In this document: in pieces, positions 9,301 to 53,500 of the stretch | Layout: each line of letters begins with the position of its first letter | Position numbering within the stretch: the stretch's first letter is position 1 | DNA from: Macrostomum lignano | Taxonomy: Eukaryota | Length of the DNA: 64,000 nucleotides | Assembly (NCBI GenBank): GCA_002269645.1 | Contig: NIVC01001648.1 | Location: 1-64,000 of the forward strand | Reading direction: 5' to 3' | Notes under the pieces: generated by a model | What the model was told of the DNA's origin: nothing | What the model saw: only the letters and a program-made list of their open reading frames with translations | The model's database searches: none | Made by a program: the position numbers and the translations under genes

Positions 9301-12171
9301 GCACATTCTTATCTTGCTCTGGCCTTTCTTTGGCTGCACGGTGATCGGCGCACACCATTCCGTAGGCTCTGTGACCTTTGCTATGATCCCATCTCGCTCG
9401 AGATCCTCCAGTTCCTTCTTGAGCTGTAACTTGAGCGGTTCCGCAATTCTTCTCGGGGTCGAAATGGCAAACGGCTTTGCGTCCGCTGATAGTTTAATTC
9501 TGAACATCTCACCAGCCATTCTGCCAACTTTTCCGGTGAACACGTCCGAAAACTCTTTTTTAGGTCCTCCTCTGTGCTAGCGTTGGTATCGTGCTGATTC
9601 ATGCTTACCACGATTTGCTTTGGAAAGTTTCTTGGAATGATACCCAGATCACGACACGCTTCTCTTGATAGAATCATGATGGATATTCCGCTGAGGACGT
9701 GAAACGTACGCTGCAGCTCAGTCTCACCCATGGATGCTTGCAGCTGAATCGAGCCCTTGGCTTTTAATAGCCGGCCGTCGACTGCCTTGGGTTTGATGTC
9801 TGACGGATGTAGGTTGTTCATATCTGCTCCTACTATAGGCATCAAGCTCTCAGGGATGGCATCTATGAAAGCGCCTGTGTCCGGTAAGGCGGCGATGGTC
9901 TTTGTTCCGTCAGGGGTGCGAATTTTTACCTCCACACAGCATGCTGAGGTCCCTTGTGCGCCAGTTGCGGCGAAAATTGAGTGGACTCTCTCGCCGTACT
10001 TGGCTGACTGTCCACTTCTGCACTGCTTAGCGAAATGGTTGAGCTTGCCGCACTTTGTGCACGACTTCCCCCAGGCCGGACATTTCTCTTTGCCGACCTC
10101 GTGCTCTCGTCCGCAGAACTTGCAGGCTTGACCAGGATGTTTCGCCTGGCTCTGTTGAACAGGTCTTCCTGCCTGTCGATTCTCCGCTGCTCCAGTCCGC
10201 TTGGCCTTCCGGTAGCTTGACGCGTGTCGCACAGCGGAGACGGTCGGTGTCTCGCCCTTCATTATGGCGCAGTTTTTCCTCGAACTCTCCATCGACTCAC
10301 AAATGGTCTTTGCTCTCTCCAGCGTTAGCTCACTGCCTTCCTCTAGCAACTTCTCTACAGTGCTGGGGTCGCGAAGTCCCATGACAATTCTGTCTCTGAG
10401 CTGGTATTCGGCGCACCCGTCACAGCATCGCTCGAAGTTGCACCTGGACGAGATTTCTTTGATGGACACGTACCAATCATTGAAGCTCTCACCTTCTGCT
10501 TGATTTCGTAGCCAGAATTCCCTCCTCTCGAATATCTCGTCTTCTGCCCGGTGATGAATGCTTCCAGGGCCTTGATGATCTCCTTGGCGTCGTCTTTATC
10601 CTTTCCTAGTAGCTGAGGTAAGCTGTCCACCACTCGTAGGGTCTCCAGACTCAGGCAGTGTCGCAAAGCGAAGAGTTGGAACTTCTTCTTCTCGGCCTCT
10701 TGCTCGATGTCGTTCAGGCCTGATAGTTCCTCAAAAGCCTCCCACAACTGCTTCCATTGTGGGAATACGGCCTTCTGAGATTCGAGGTCGAAGTGTGGAG
10801 CGCTTTTTAAGTCAATTTTCGGCTTTGGAGGCATTTCTACAGGAACGCCCCAGAACAATTGCAGCTCTGCAATCTTGCTCTTGCTTAGCCTTGACTTCTT
10901 ATTCGTGGGCTTCTTCTCTGGCTGCTTGCGAAGCCATGGTATAAATACACGTGACGGCCTAGAGAGACGGCCATGCCCTCTGAGCTTTAGTTTCATCAGA
11001 CCGCGCGCTATAGAAGATATAACCCTCTCGGCTTCGCGATATATAACATTTATGACCTGATGGAAACAGTAAGTCTTTGTGACCTGATGGAAACAGTAAG
11101 TCTTTATGACCTGATGGAAACAGTAAGTCTTTATGACCTGATGGAAACAGTAAGTCTTTATGACCTGATGGAAACAGTAAGTCTTTATGACCTGATGGAA
11201 ACAGTAAGTCTTTGTGACCTGATGGAAACAGTAAGTCTTTATGACCTGATGGAAACAGTAAGTCTTTATGACCTGATGGAAACAGTAAGTCTTGAGGACT
11301 GATGGAAACAGTAAGTCTTTATGACCTGATGGAAACAGTAAGTCTTTATGACCTGATGGAAACAGTAAGTCTTTGTGACCTGATGGAAACAGTAAGTCTT
11401 TATGACCTGATGGAAACAGTAAGTCTTGAGGACTGATGGAAACAGTAAGTCTTGAGGACTGATGGAAACAGTAAGTCTTGAGGACTGATGGAAACAGTAA
11501 GTCTTTATGACCTGATGGAAACAGTAAGTCTTGAGGACTGATGGAAACAGTAAGTCTTGAGGACTGATGGAAACAGTAAGTCTTGAGGACTGATGGAAAC
11601 AGTAAGTCCTGAACTGGCTTGAAACAGACAACAACAATGACTCAACAAGGATGTTAAAAACGTTCTTGCTTAATATGTGTAGAGTTTTTCCGAGTGATTT
11701 ATATCACAGAAAGAAATCAGTGTGCCCGGACCGCACTATACGCGTATTGAACATTGTTTTGTTGCATTTCTAGGCTTAGACAAAAATTTCTGGGCTGCAA
11801 TGATAAAGGTTTTAATCTTATTTTACGATAAAACGTCGCTAAAGAATGTACATTGTTGCTATATTGTCCATCGATTTGAAGGCGTGTTTATGGACAAGCC
11901 GAATTGTGTTTTGTTCCGTGGCAGACGGTAACTTGAAAATAAAGTACTCGTAAATTCGGATGGAAAACCCGCAGCATTCCGGAGGTTGTTCGCGCCGCAA
12001 CCAGCTGCCAGCGCGGTGGGCGTCCTGTCTGCTCGCAGCGACATCGAGTGCGCTGTGCTCTGCACCGCTGTCGGGGCCGCCTGCCGGGCCATCGAGTTCG
12101 ACGCTGTCAGAGGCTCCTGCAGGCTGCTGGACGGACCGACTGCGGGAGGACTGGCCAGGCCCGGGGCCTGA
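3372..12171 (+). CDS. Secreted protein: signal peptide, 3 CUB domains and a C-terminal PAN/apple-like domain (483 aa)
   Basis: Exons 3372-3465 (MRSSMLENFKALLLMLAILATACVKSSAQDN), 4886-5281, 5566-5943, 6154-6540 and 11975-12171. All junctions are GT-AG and phase 1; total 1452 nt, open. CUB motifs include NCSWNLTAP..RIEVWFEFSEIESCCDFV and FTTDGSIVKKGFRIWY. The PAN-like pattern is ECAVLC..ACRAIEFD..SCRL. Confidence 0.8.
4089..4254. mobile_element. Degenerate Tc1/mariner-like remnant or MITE
   Basis: Left end TA|CGAGGGGTGTCCGGAAAGT resembles mariner TIR starts. The right end CCCCTCA|TA is a partial inverse. Confidence 0.35.
4374..4815. mobile_element. MITE-like element with about 72-bp degenerate terminal inverted repeats in CUB gene intron 1
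   Basis: 4374-4445 (…CATGGAAAACTGTGTTCTCGC…TTTTGTCCGGATTGCAAA) is the imperfect reverse complement of 4743-4815. The ends are TTAG and TTAA. Confidence 0.6.
6006..6164 (+). repeat. 55-bp tandem repeat (3 units) of the CUB3 exon acceptor
   Basis: Units start at 6006, 6061 and 6116. The last unit holds the true acceptor CTTCCAG|6154. Confidence 0.9.
6580..11048 (-). mobile_element. Ty3/Gypsy (Mag-like) LTR retrotransposon with inverted termini, defective, in CUB gene intron 4
   Basis: TTTAT TSD at 6575-6579 and 11049-11053. 3' LTR 6580-6766 (TG..CA), preceded by PPT GAAGGGGGAGG (6767-6777). PBS-like TGGCTTCGCAAGCAG starts at 10937 on the minus strand. 10936-11048 is the exact reverse complement of 6580-6692. 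Confidence 0.92.
6802..10834 (-). pseudogene. Disrupted gag-pol of the inverted-end Gypsy element
   Basis: Gag starts at 10834 (MPPKPKIDL) with a double CCHC knuckle (CKFCGREH..C, CTKCGKLNHFAKQC). Protease LPDTGA, RT (RYKFLRAPFGL, IVDD), RNase H (TDASRL, ELELLAV) and integrase (HHCC, VHADLF, SDNGPQF, GRAE) follow. Frame shifts near 10541 and 9556-9561; in-frame TAA at 8788-8790. Confidence 0.9.
11049..11608 (+). repeat. Continuation of the 27-bp donor-containing minisatellite after the Gypsy insertion
   Basis: Same unit as 1716-2397, plus a 26-bp variant GTAAGTCTTGAGGACTGATGGAAACA. The first 2 units lie at about 6528-6579. Confidence 0.95.
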
Positions 12172-12210
12172 CGGCGTGTTTCTTAAGTGCAGCAACTCGG
12201 ACTCGAACTG

Positions 12211-13156
12211 AGAGCAGAGCAGAGCAGAGCAGAGCAAAGCAGAGCAGAGCAGAGCGGAGCAGAGCAGAGCAGAGCAGAGCAGAGCGGAGCAGAGCAAAGC
12301 AGAGCAGAGCAGAGCGGAGCAGAGCAGAGCAGAGCAGAGCAGAGCAGAGCAGAGCAGAGAAGAGCAGAGCAGAGCAGAGTAGAGTAGAGTAGAGCAGAGA
12401 AGAGCAGAGCAGAGTAGAGTAGAGTAGAGCAGAGCAGAGCAGAGCAGAGCAGAGTAGAGTAGAGCAGAGTAGAGCAGAGCAGAGTAGAGCAGAGTAGAGC
12501 AGAGCAGAGTAGAGCAGAGAAGAGCAGAGCAGAGCAGAGCAGAGCAGAGCAGAACAGAGCAGAGCAAAGCAGAGCAGAGCAGAGCAGAGCAGAGCAGAGC
12601 AGAGCAGAGAAGAGCAGAGCAGAGCAGAGTAGAGTAGAGCAGAGCAGAGCAGAGCAGAGTAGAGTAGAGTAGAGCAGAGAAGAGCAGAGCAGAGCAGAGC
12701 AGAGCAGAGCAGAGCAGAGCAGAGTAGAGTAGAGCAGAGAAGAGCAGAGCAGAGCAGAGCAGAGCAGAGCAGAACAGAGCAGAGCAAAGCAGAGCAGAGC
12801 AGAGCAGAGCAGAGCAGAGCAAAGCAGAGCAGAGCAAAGCAGAGCAGAGCAGAGCGGAGCAGAGCAGAGCAGAGCAGAGCAGAGCAGAGCGGAGCAGAGC
12901 AAAGCAGAGCAGAGCGGAGCAGAGCAGAGCAGAGCAGAGCAGAGCAGAGCAGAGTAGAGTAGAGCAGAGCAGAGCAGAGCAGAGTAGAGTAGAGCAGAGA
13001 AGAGCAGAGCAGAGCAGAGCAGAGCAGAGCAGAGCAGAGCAGAGCAGAGCAGAGCAGAGCAGAGCAGAACAGAGCAGAGCAAAGCAGAGCAGAGCAGAGC
13101 AGAGCAGAGCAAAGCAGAGCAGAGCAGAGCAGAGCAGAGCAGAGCAGAGCAGAGCA
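12211..13156. repeat. (AGAGC)n pentanucleotide microsatellite
   Basis: About 950 bp, with AGAGT, AAAGC and GGAGC variants; starts 40 bp after the CUB-PAN stop. Confidence 0.97.
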
Positions 13157-14508
13157 GCCGACACATCTATCAGATATTTACCGGGCGAACATGCACGACG
13201 TCTTGGTTTTTGCACACGCTCGTATGTATTCCTACTCAGCCCCCACTATCTCTATACAAGCTGTCTCAGCCCCTCGAATTCTCCGATTAAGAAAACAAAT
13301 AAACAGAAGCTTATTTTCAACAGCAACAAATGTGTGGTCGAGCCTTCAAAAAGAATTTGCAGGTCTCATCTCAGGGTGGATAAAAGTCCATTGTTGTATA
13401 AGTGCTGTTTTGGTATTAGCTCGAGCCTCAGAGTACCGGTGGCTCCTCCCAGCTGTAGTCTACTGGAAATGGGCCACAGGTTATACATATTAGGGTCAGT
13501 CAGAGCTGCAGTGCGGGCCTGGCCGCGACACAGGTGAACACTTATGCCGAACTCGAGATCGCGAACCGCTGGTGCGCAGCTTCCAATGATGAAGAGACTG
13601 GGAGACGACTAGCAAAAGACCTCGACATAAAGAGAAGCAGTTCCAGCTTCAGCACAGCCGAAAAGATGCCGTGCTGATCTGAGCTGTGGACTTCGCTGCA
13701 TTTAGTGACACTGATCTTAGCGACATAGTTACTGAGAGTTCTCTGGGTTGTTGGCACGCCAGCTTCGACACTCGGCCTCATCGTGCGATTCTGTATTTTT
13801 GTGTAACAAAATGAAATAACAGCAGCAAAACCTTTGTTGATCTGATTCACTCAGACTGCCAGCTATTAGAATTTGTCTGCAGTGTCAGGCCAGGCTAATT
13901 TATGGTCATCTCCACACTGAACTCAGCTGGGGGGGCTGCGGCAGAGCCCTCTCTATAGAAAAGTACAAAGCCAACAGATGGGGATCAATCGCTTTGGCTG
14001 CGCTGGAACTTCGATAGAAAACAACAATTAATTGATATTAGTTAATATTACAGCAAGGAAAAGCAATAAGAATTATAATAAACAATCAGTGTACCACAGT
14101 TTGATTAATAAGCTAATAGAATCTGCTGCAACACAGACGCTACTGCAACAAATTTGCAACAGAGTAATAAATTATAAATACTTCACCTCCAACCAATGCA
14201 AGGAAACTGATCGCCGCTAATGCCTCAACCAGACTACTGTCATGCGCAGCTGTGTAAGTAGCGTGTAGAGCGCAAAAATGAGATTCGATAGATCGCAACA
14301 GTTATAAAATATAAATAAGCTGCAGATGAAGAAGGACTAATCATCATTTTAAGAGTTCAAGGATGCTGGACCGATGAAGCTTAAACAGATGGAGAATTCA
14401 GGCATCGAACGCTCGAGAATACTGTCAGATTTATACTTTCCAGACTTCTGTCTGGCAATGGCCCGGTTTGTTATTGCAGTGGGCTCGGCTGATGGCTGCG
14501 CGCGGCTG

Positions 14509-47932
<33,424 letters not shown>

Positions 47933-48194
47933 GAGCGGACCGGGTAGGAGGGCCCGGCTAGCCAGCCAGACTCGATGGCGTTAACGAGAATCAGTCGGCG
48001 CTGCAAAGCGGGCGAAGGCGGGCGGATTGAGGCCGGCTGCCAAGGCCTGGCGGATAGGAGGAATGGGAAGTGAGGGACAGAGGGATGGGGCGAGAGAGTT
48101 GGACACGTTTAAACTGAGATTTTCCTGCACCAGTCGGCCCTTCGGAGCTCCCATCGCCCCCTCGCCCCTGCCGATGTTCGCCACTCGCCCTAGT

Positions 48195-48247
48195 CAGCCA
48201 ATGAGGATAAAGCAGATCGGGGAGGACGCGTTAATCTGTCACGTGAC
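48195..48247. promoter_or_regulatory. Candidate promoter motifs upstream of FARP: CCAAT box and palindromic E-box GTCACGTGAC
   Basis: AGCCAATGAG near 48197 and GTCACGTGAC at 48238-48247, about 270-315 bp upstream of the FARP ATG. Confidence 0.35.
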
Positions 48248-50544
48248 TGTGCACTGTGCAGCAGCCAGCGCAGGGAATGTCGAAGTATTGGAACGAAGGG
48301 AAACTAAGGAAAAAATGAAAATATGGTTAAATACTGTCATATATATACTGTCATAGAGAGTGAAGTGTTGCATGTGTAGATTTGGTTACTTGGCTTGAGG
48401 CATTTGGTATTGGTGACAGGTGACCATTGACCTGCCAGTAGCAGACAGGCAAACAGTTATGGCCATCCTATTGACCCTGATCATTATATATTGTATGCAT
48501 ATCAATATACATATAGGCATATACTAACATAGGGTATAAAATAGTACATTCTAATCTTAAGACATACAGACTATATGGCACTTGATGGCATAAATTAAAC
48601 AAGAAAACCCACGTAAATATTTCATATAAGGCATAAATTATTATAAAAAACAAAAAAACAAAAACTTCATTGTAATAATAAGATGTTATAACTAAAGTTG
48701 AATGAAACATGATCCATTTATGAAAATACACAGATATTTTATCCCTATCATTAATTACCAATATACTGTATTAGTACTAATTTCTTTACTACTATTAACA
48801 GATAGAAAATCTATTAAAATAAGGCCTACCAAAATTAAATATATTTCTAGTTCAAGCTTTTAAATATGGATTCAATTTTTTATAAGAAATTCATACATAT
48901 TAAGCATCAAGAAAATGTGTAACAATGTCCTTTAATCAGTATGCTTCAAATTATAATGCAACTTAATTGCACAAGTTAAAATCAAGGTCTAATAATAAAT
49001 ATTAATACTTATATTTAAAACCTATACTATAAAGATAAAACAGCATTATAGCAATACAATCAATGACAATAGCATGGCATAGGCAATATCTGATTAGTGA
49101 TATTCAATAGTGAAATAATAAAAGAATGGCATAGTTCTAGTTTACTGCGTTAAATTATTTCGCCCTCTATTCAAGGGTAGGGGGTTGGAATATAACGAAG
49201 TAAACTAGAACTATGCAGAATTACGAATTACGAATAGTAATAACCAGTAAAAGTATAATATATCGAAAGCAAAAAACTGAATTTGGTTACTTGGGGATAG
49301 AATTGTCAAGTTAAAGTAAACGTTTTAAAGACAACCCAATGAGGAAAATCAGCTTAATAAGGAATTATAGATTACGCATAAATAATAGTACCTCACAGAC
49401 TGACTGTATTAAAAATGGTCCAGTTGTCCTGACCCATATGCGATGTTCAAATATGAAATAAATGTTTTTACACATAATTAATTTAATTCAACTCATAAAA
49501 CTTAATTTTAAAATATTGTCATTAATCATCGCAGTAAGTCGAAGCTGTTTAGTGTTAAAAAGTAAATTATTTTATATCTTTTTGGACTATCAACAGCTAT
49601 GCTAGTTTATTTCTCGTATTTTGCAAGTCCCTTACCAAGACACATAACTATGTGTTTTAAATGACATAAATTTCGCGCGATTTTGTCCATTAGGATTTTA
49701 TAGGAATCTTTAAATGGTAAACTGACCGACAGACAGCTCACAGCTTTGACGACAGTGACAGTGACTGGCGAACTTCCTAGTTTCCTATAAACTAAAAATG
49801 TTTTCTAATGAGATGGTAATTTTGTTATCTTGTTTCATAGGACTACTCTATCTAATGATATTTAAATATATAATAGTAAAATAAGTTGTAATGTTATTTT
49901 TTACTTGATATAAACTAACCAGCATTTTACCGCACAGCTATCTGTTACGATCATACGGCCATGCACATTGCACCATGATATTGTAGGGTCATAATAAATC
50001 AATATTTGAAATTGCATTTTGCTAGGAATAACAAGCTACAATTGAATTTGTTTAAGATAATGTGCAAGAGGCTTTTATATCATTTTTATATAATAAATCC
50101 TTTTATGCATCAAACTATATAGTTTATACCTAATTTTTAGATCTACTTCCTTCTTTAAATAATTTTTCTTGACATGCTTAACTCAATGCTTTTTATAGGT
50201 CAATTTTTAGGGAAAGGTCATAACCTTTCATAATCATAATCTTTGCTTTCTTTTGGTCTTTTATAAGCATTTTCTGCTAAATCAAAATTTAGCCAAATGT
50301 AGGTTACATTATTTACTTTTTTATTCTTAAAAGATTACCTAATATTTTTTACTATTTTTCAATTAGACAAAGTATAAAGTGTGCTTATATATGTATATTT
50401 ATGATTTTCAAAAGCTTTAGTCGTAGACATTAATGCTTATAATAAAATAATCTTAAAACTTCATAATAACTTCAGCTAAAAGCCCAGCGAAACTCAAAAT
50501 TAGCCAAGGTAAATTGGAAGATCCTTCACTTCCTGCTGGCAAGC

Positions 50545-53500
50545 ATGCGGTTCAAGACGCGCATTTGGTGCCTACTAGCTCTATTTGCCATTGCATTTCT
50601 AGTGCTGACCTACTTTTCACTCAGCTATCACCGGGAGCAGTCCTTGTCAATCAATGATGACTCACTCGATGCCAAGGAGTTGCAGCTGGCTGACTTGCTC
50701 AATCCATTGCCCAAGCCGAAGCTCCAAGGAGCTCTGAGCAATCGGTGCACTCGGATTAACCAGCAGTCAGTTGGCGTCAAGACTTTCTTTGCCAACCAGC
50801 TGCTTGGCAAGTTCGACAGGCGCTACGACCCCAAGGCTGTCACATTTGAGAATGGCGTCCAAGTGCCCAAGTCGCTTGAAGCCCTGAAGCCCAAGGGCGA
50901 GAAGCTAACAGTGTTTGTAGTGCCTCACTCGCATAATGATCCGAATTGGTTGAAATCGTACGATAGTTATTATCATCTGCAGACTCGCAATGTGCTCAAC
51001 TATGCGCTTAAGTACCTGACTAAGTGGCCGGAAATGCGCTTCATCTGGACCGAGGCTGTATTCCTCAGCACCTGGTTCTCAGAGGCCACGCCAGACCAGC
51101 GGGCGGCCATGAAGTCCCTGGTCAAGCAGGGTCGTTTAGAGATCACCAGCGGAGGCTGGGTATCCCCAGATGAAGCTTCTACGCATTATTTTGCGCTAAT
51201 AAATCAAATGCTGGACGGTCACCTGTGGATTAAGCAGAACCTGGGCGTCGCACCCGAAACATACTGGAACGTTGATCCGTTCGGGTATTCGCTGCTCTCG
51301 CCTCATCTGCAGTCCCTTGCCGGCATCCAAAATTATGTTATACTGCGCATTAACGAGCACATCAAGGACATGCTGCGGCGCGAACGGGCGTTGGAGTTCA
51401 ACTGGCAGACCTTCTGGAGCAGTTCGGGCCGCGGCCCAGACACCCAGCTGCTCACCAGCGTGCTGCCGTTCATGCTGTACCAGATCAAGTACTCGTGCGG
51501 CCCCAACCCGTCATTCTGCTTGTATTTCGATTTTCGCAACATTGATGGCGAATTGTCGGAGAGTCTGGGCACCAACGTCGATCCGAAGAATGTGAACCGC
51601 CTGTCGGACATGCTGTTCCAGCAGCTGGAGGCCAAGAGCAAATTCTACAGGCACAATGTCCTCATGATGCCGTTGGGCGACGATTTCCGCTGGGACCGGG
51701 AGGAGGAGTGGAACCAGCAGTACAACAACTACAAAAAGCTGATGGACTACATGAACAGTCAGTCCAGCATGAATGTGGAGATCAAATTCGGCACTATGAA
51801 GGATTATTTTGCCGAGCTTCGAGCCCAGCTGGCGAAGCGACCGGAGAGCGAGCGGCTGCCAAACTTTATGGGCGATTTTTTCACTTACACTGACAAGGAC
51901 GAGGACTACTGGAGCGGCTACTTCACATCCCGGCCCGGGTTGAAGCGGTACGGATTTTGGGGGCTCCCACAGAACAGTATATGTGCCTTGGGAGTTGGCT
52001 CTCATGGGTGTGAATCGCACGACAAGCATCCTGTGCAGGCACCGAGTACAGAGGAAAGGCATTTTGAAGGGATTGGAGAGTGCCTTGAAGTCTACATTCA
52101 AAAACTCAACTTGTTGTAGCTGTGTAGCCCGTGTAGTTTTTGAAGTTCTACTGTCCAAAAGAAGCTACAGAATATTTAACCTTCCTAGGCAAATGTTCAA
52201 TCAATCCAGGTGCAGTCGCGAGATCGAATCCCTACTAAGAGCGGCAGAGATCTTCTCCACCAAAGCGGCTCTTCATAGCGCCGATAAGCAGCTGTACAAG
52301 CAGATTTATCCCAGGCTAGACTGGGCTCGCCGTAATCTGTCACTGTTCCAGCATCACGACTCCATCACTGGCACATCTACACAGGAGGTGATCGAGGAGC
52401 AGTACCTGGCCAAGGTGTTGCCTGGCGCATTCAACCGCTCCGTGGAGGCGCTGGCCGGCGCACTTGCCAGCCTGCTTGGCGGCTCCATTGACTCGCCGCC
52501 TGTCTTTGCCGACGCGTTCGATGGCGGCTGGCGGAAACCGCCGCGGCTGCCCGGGCCGGTGGGCTTTGAGGTAACGCAAGTCTTGGGCGGGGCTGCTTTG
52601 GTTCGACAGTTCCCAGCATAGCTGGGAGTCTATTGTAGCTTCTTCCGTAGCTTACTAGCTTCTTCCTTAGCTTCTTCCTTAGCTTACTAGCTTCTTCCTT
52701 AGCTTTTTCCTTAGCTTAATAGCTTCTTCCGTAGCTTACTAGCTTCTTCCTTAGCTTCTTCCGTAGCTTACTAGCTTCTTCCTTAGCTTCTTCCGTAGCT
52801 TACTAGCTTCTTCCTTAGCTTCTTCCGTAGCTTACTAGCTTCTTCCTTAGCTTCTTCCGTAGCTTACTAGCTTCTTCCGTAGCTTCTTCAATAGCTTCTT
52901 CCGTAGCTTCTTCCGTAGCTTTTTCCGTAGCTTCTTCCGTAGCGTCTTCCCTGTAGCGTCTTCCGTAGCGTCTTCCCTGTAGCTTCTTCCGTAGCTTTTT
53001 CTGTAGCTTCTTCCGTAGCGTCTTCCCTGTAGCGTCTCCCCTGTACAGTCTCCCCTGTAGCGTCTCCCATGTAGTGTCTCCCATTTAGTGTCTCCCATGT
53101 AGTGTCCCCCCTTTAGCGTCTCCCCCTTTAGTGTCTCCCCCTTTAGCGTCTCCCCCTTTAGCGTCTCCTCCTTTAGCGTCTCCCCCTTTAGCGTCTCCCC
53201 CTTTAGCGTCTCCCCCATGTAGCTGCTAGGTAATAGCTTCTGTCTCTCTCGATGTTCCGCAGTCGCTGTCTCAAAGCAGCAGCCAATCCTTAAATCTCGC
53301 AGATCCCCAAGCAGTTGCCAGGCGAGCTGCTCATAGTGAACTCCATCGGCCAGAGTCGCTACGACTGTCTCACGGTTGTCCTGCGCGGCCCGCCAGCCTC
53401 CGCCGCCACCGTTCGGCTGCTGAACCGGCCTTCGGCGGCCGACAGTCTCCGGCTTCGCTGCCAGGTTGAGCCGCACTTCAACGGCATCTCCGGCGGCATC

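Noticed and set aside
9555-9561. Programmed -1 frameshift at A AAA AAG in the inverted Gypsy
   Set aside because: It is a canonical slippery heptamer, but it lies between protease and RT. The element also has another frameshift and a nonsense codon, so a homopolymer deletion is the simpler explanation.
6580-11048. DIRS-type or DNA-transposon identity because of the inverted termini
   Set aside because: It encodes Gypsy PR-RT-RH-DDE integrase with PPT, PBS and a 5-bp TSD; no tyrosine recombinase or transposase.
11839-13215. SALLC and RAEQS repeat ORFs
   Set aside because: Artefacts of the (AGAGC)n microsatellite.
13500-13850. GC-richer stretch between the convergent CUB-PAN and FARP 3' ends as a separate gene
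   Set aside because: Only short ORFs with no recognisable motif; probably 3' UTR or intergenic.
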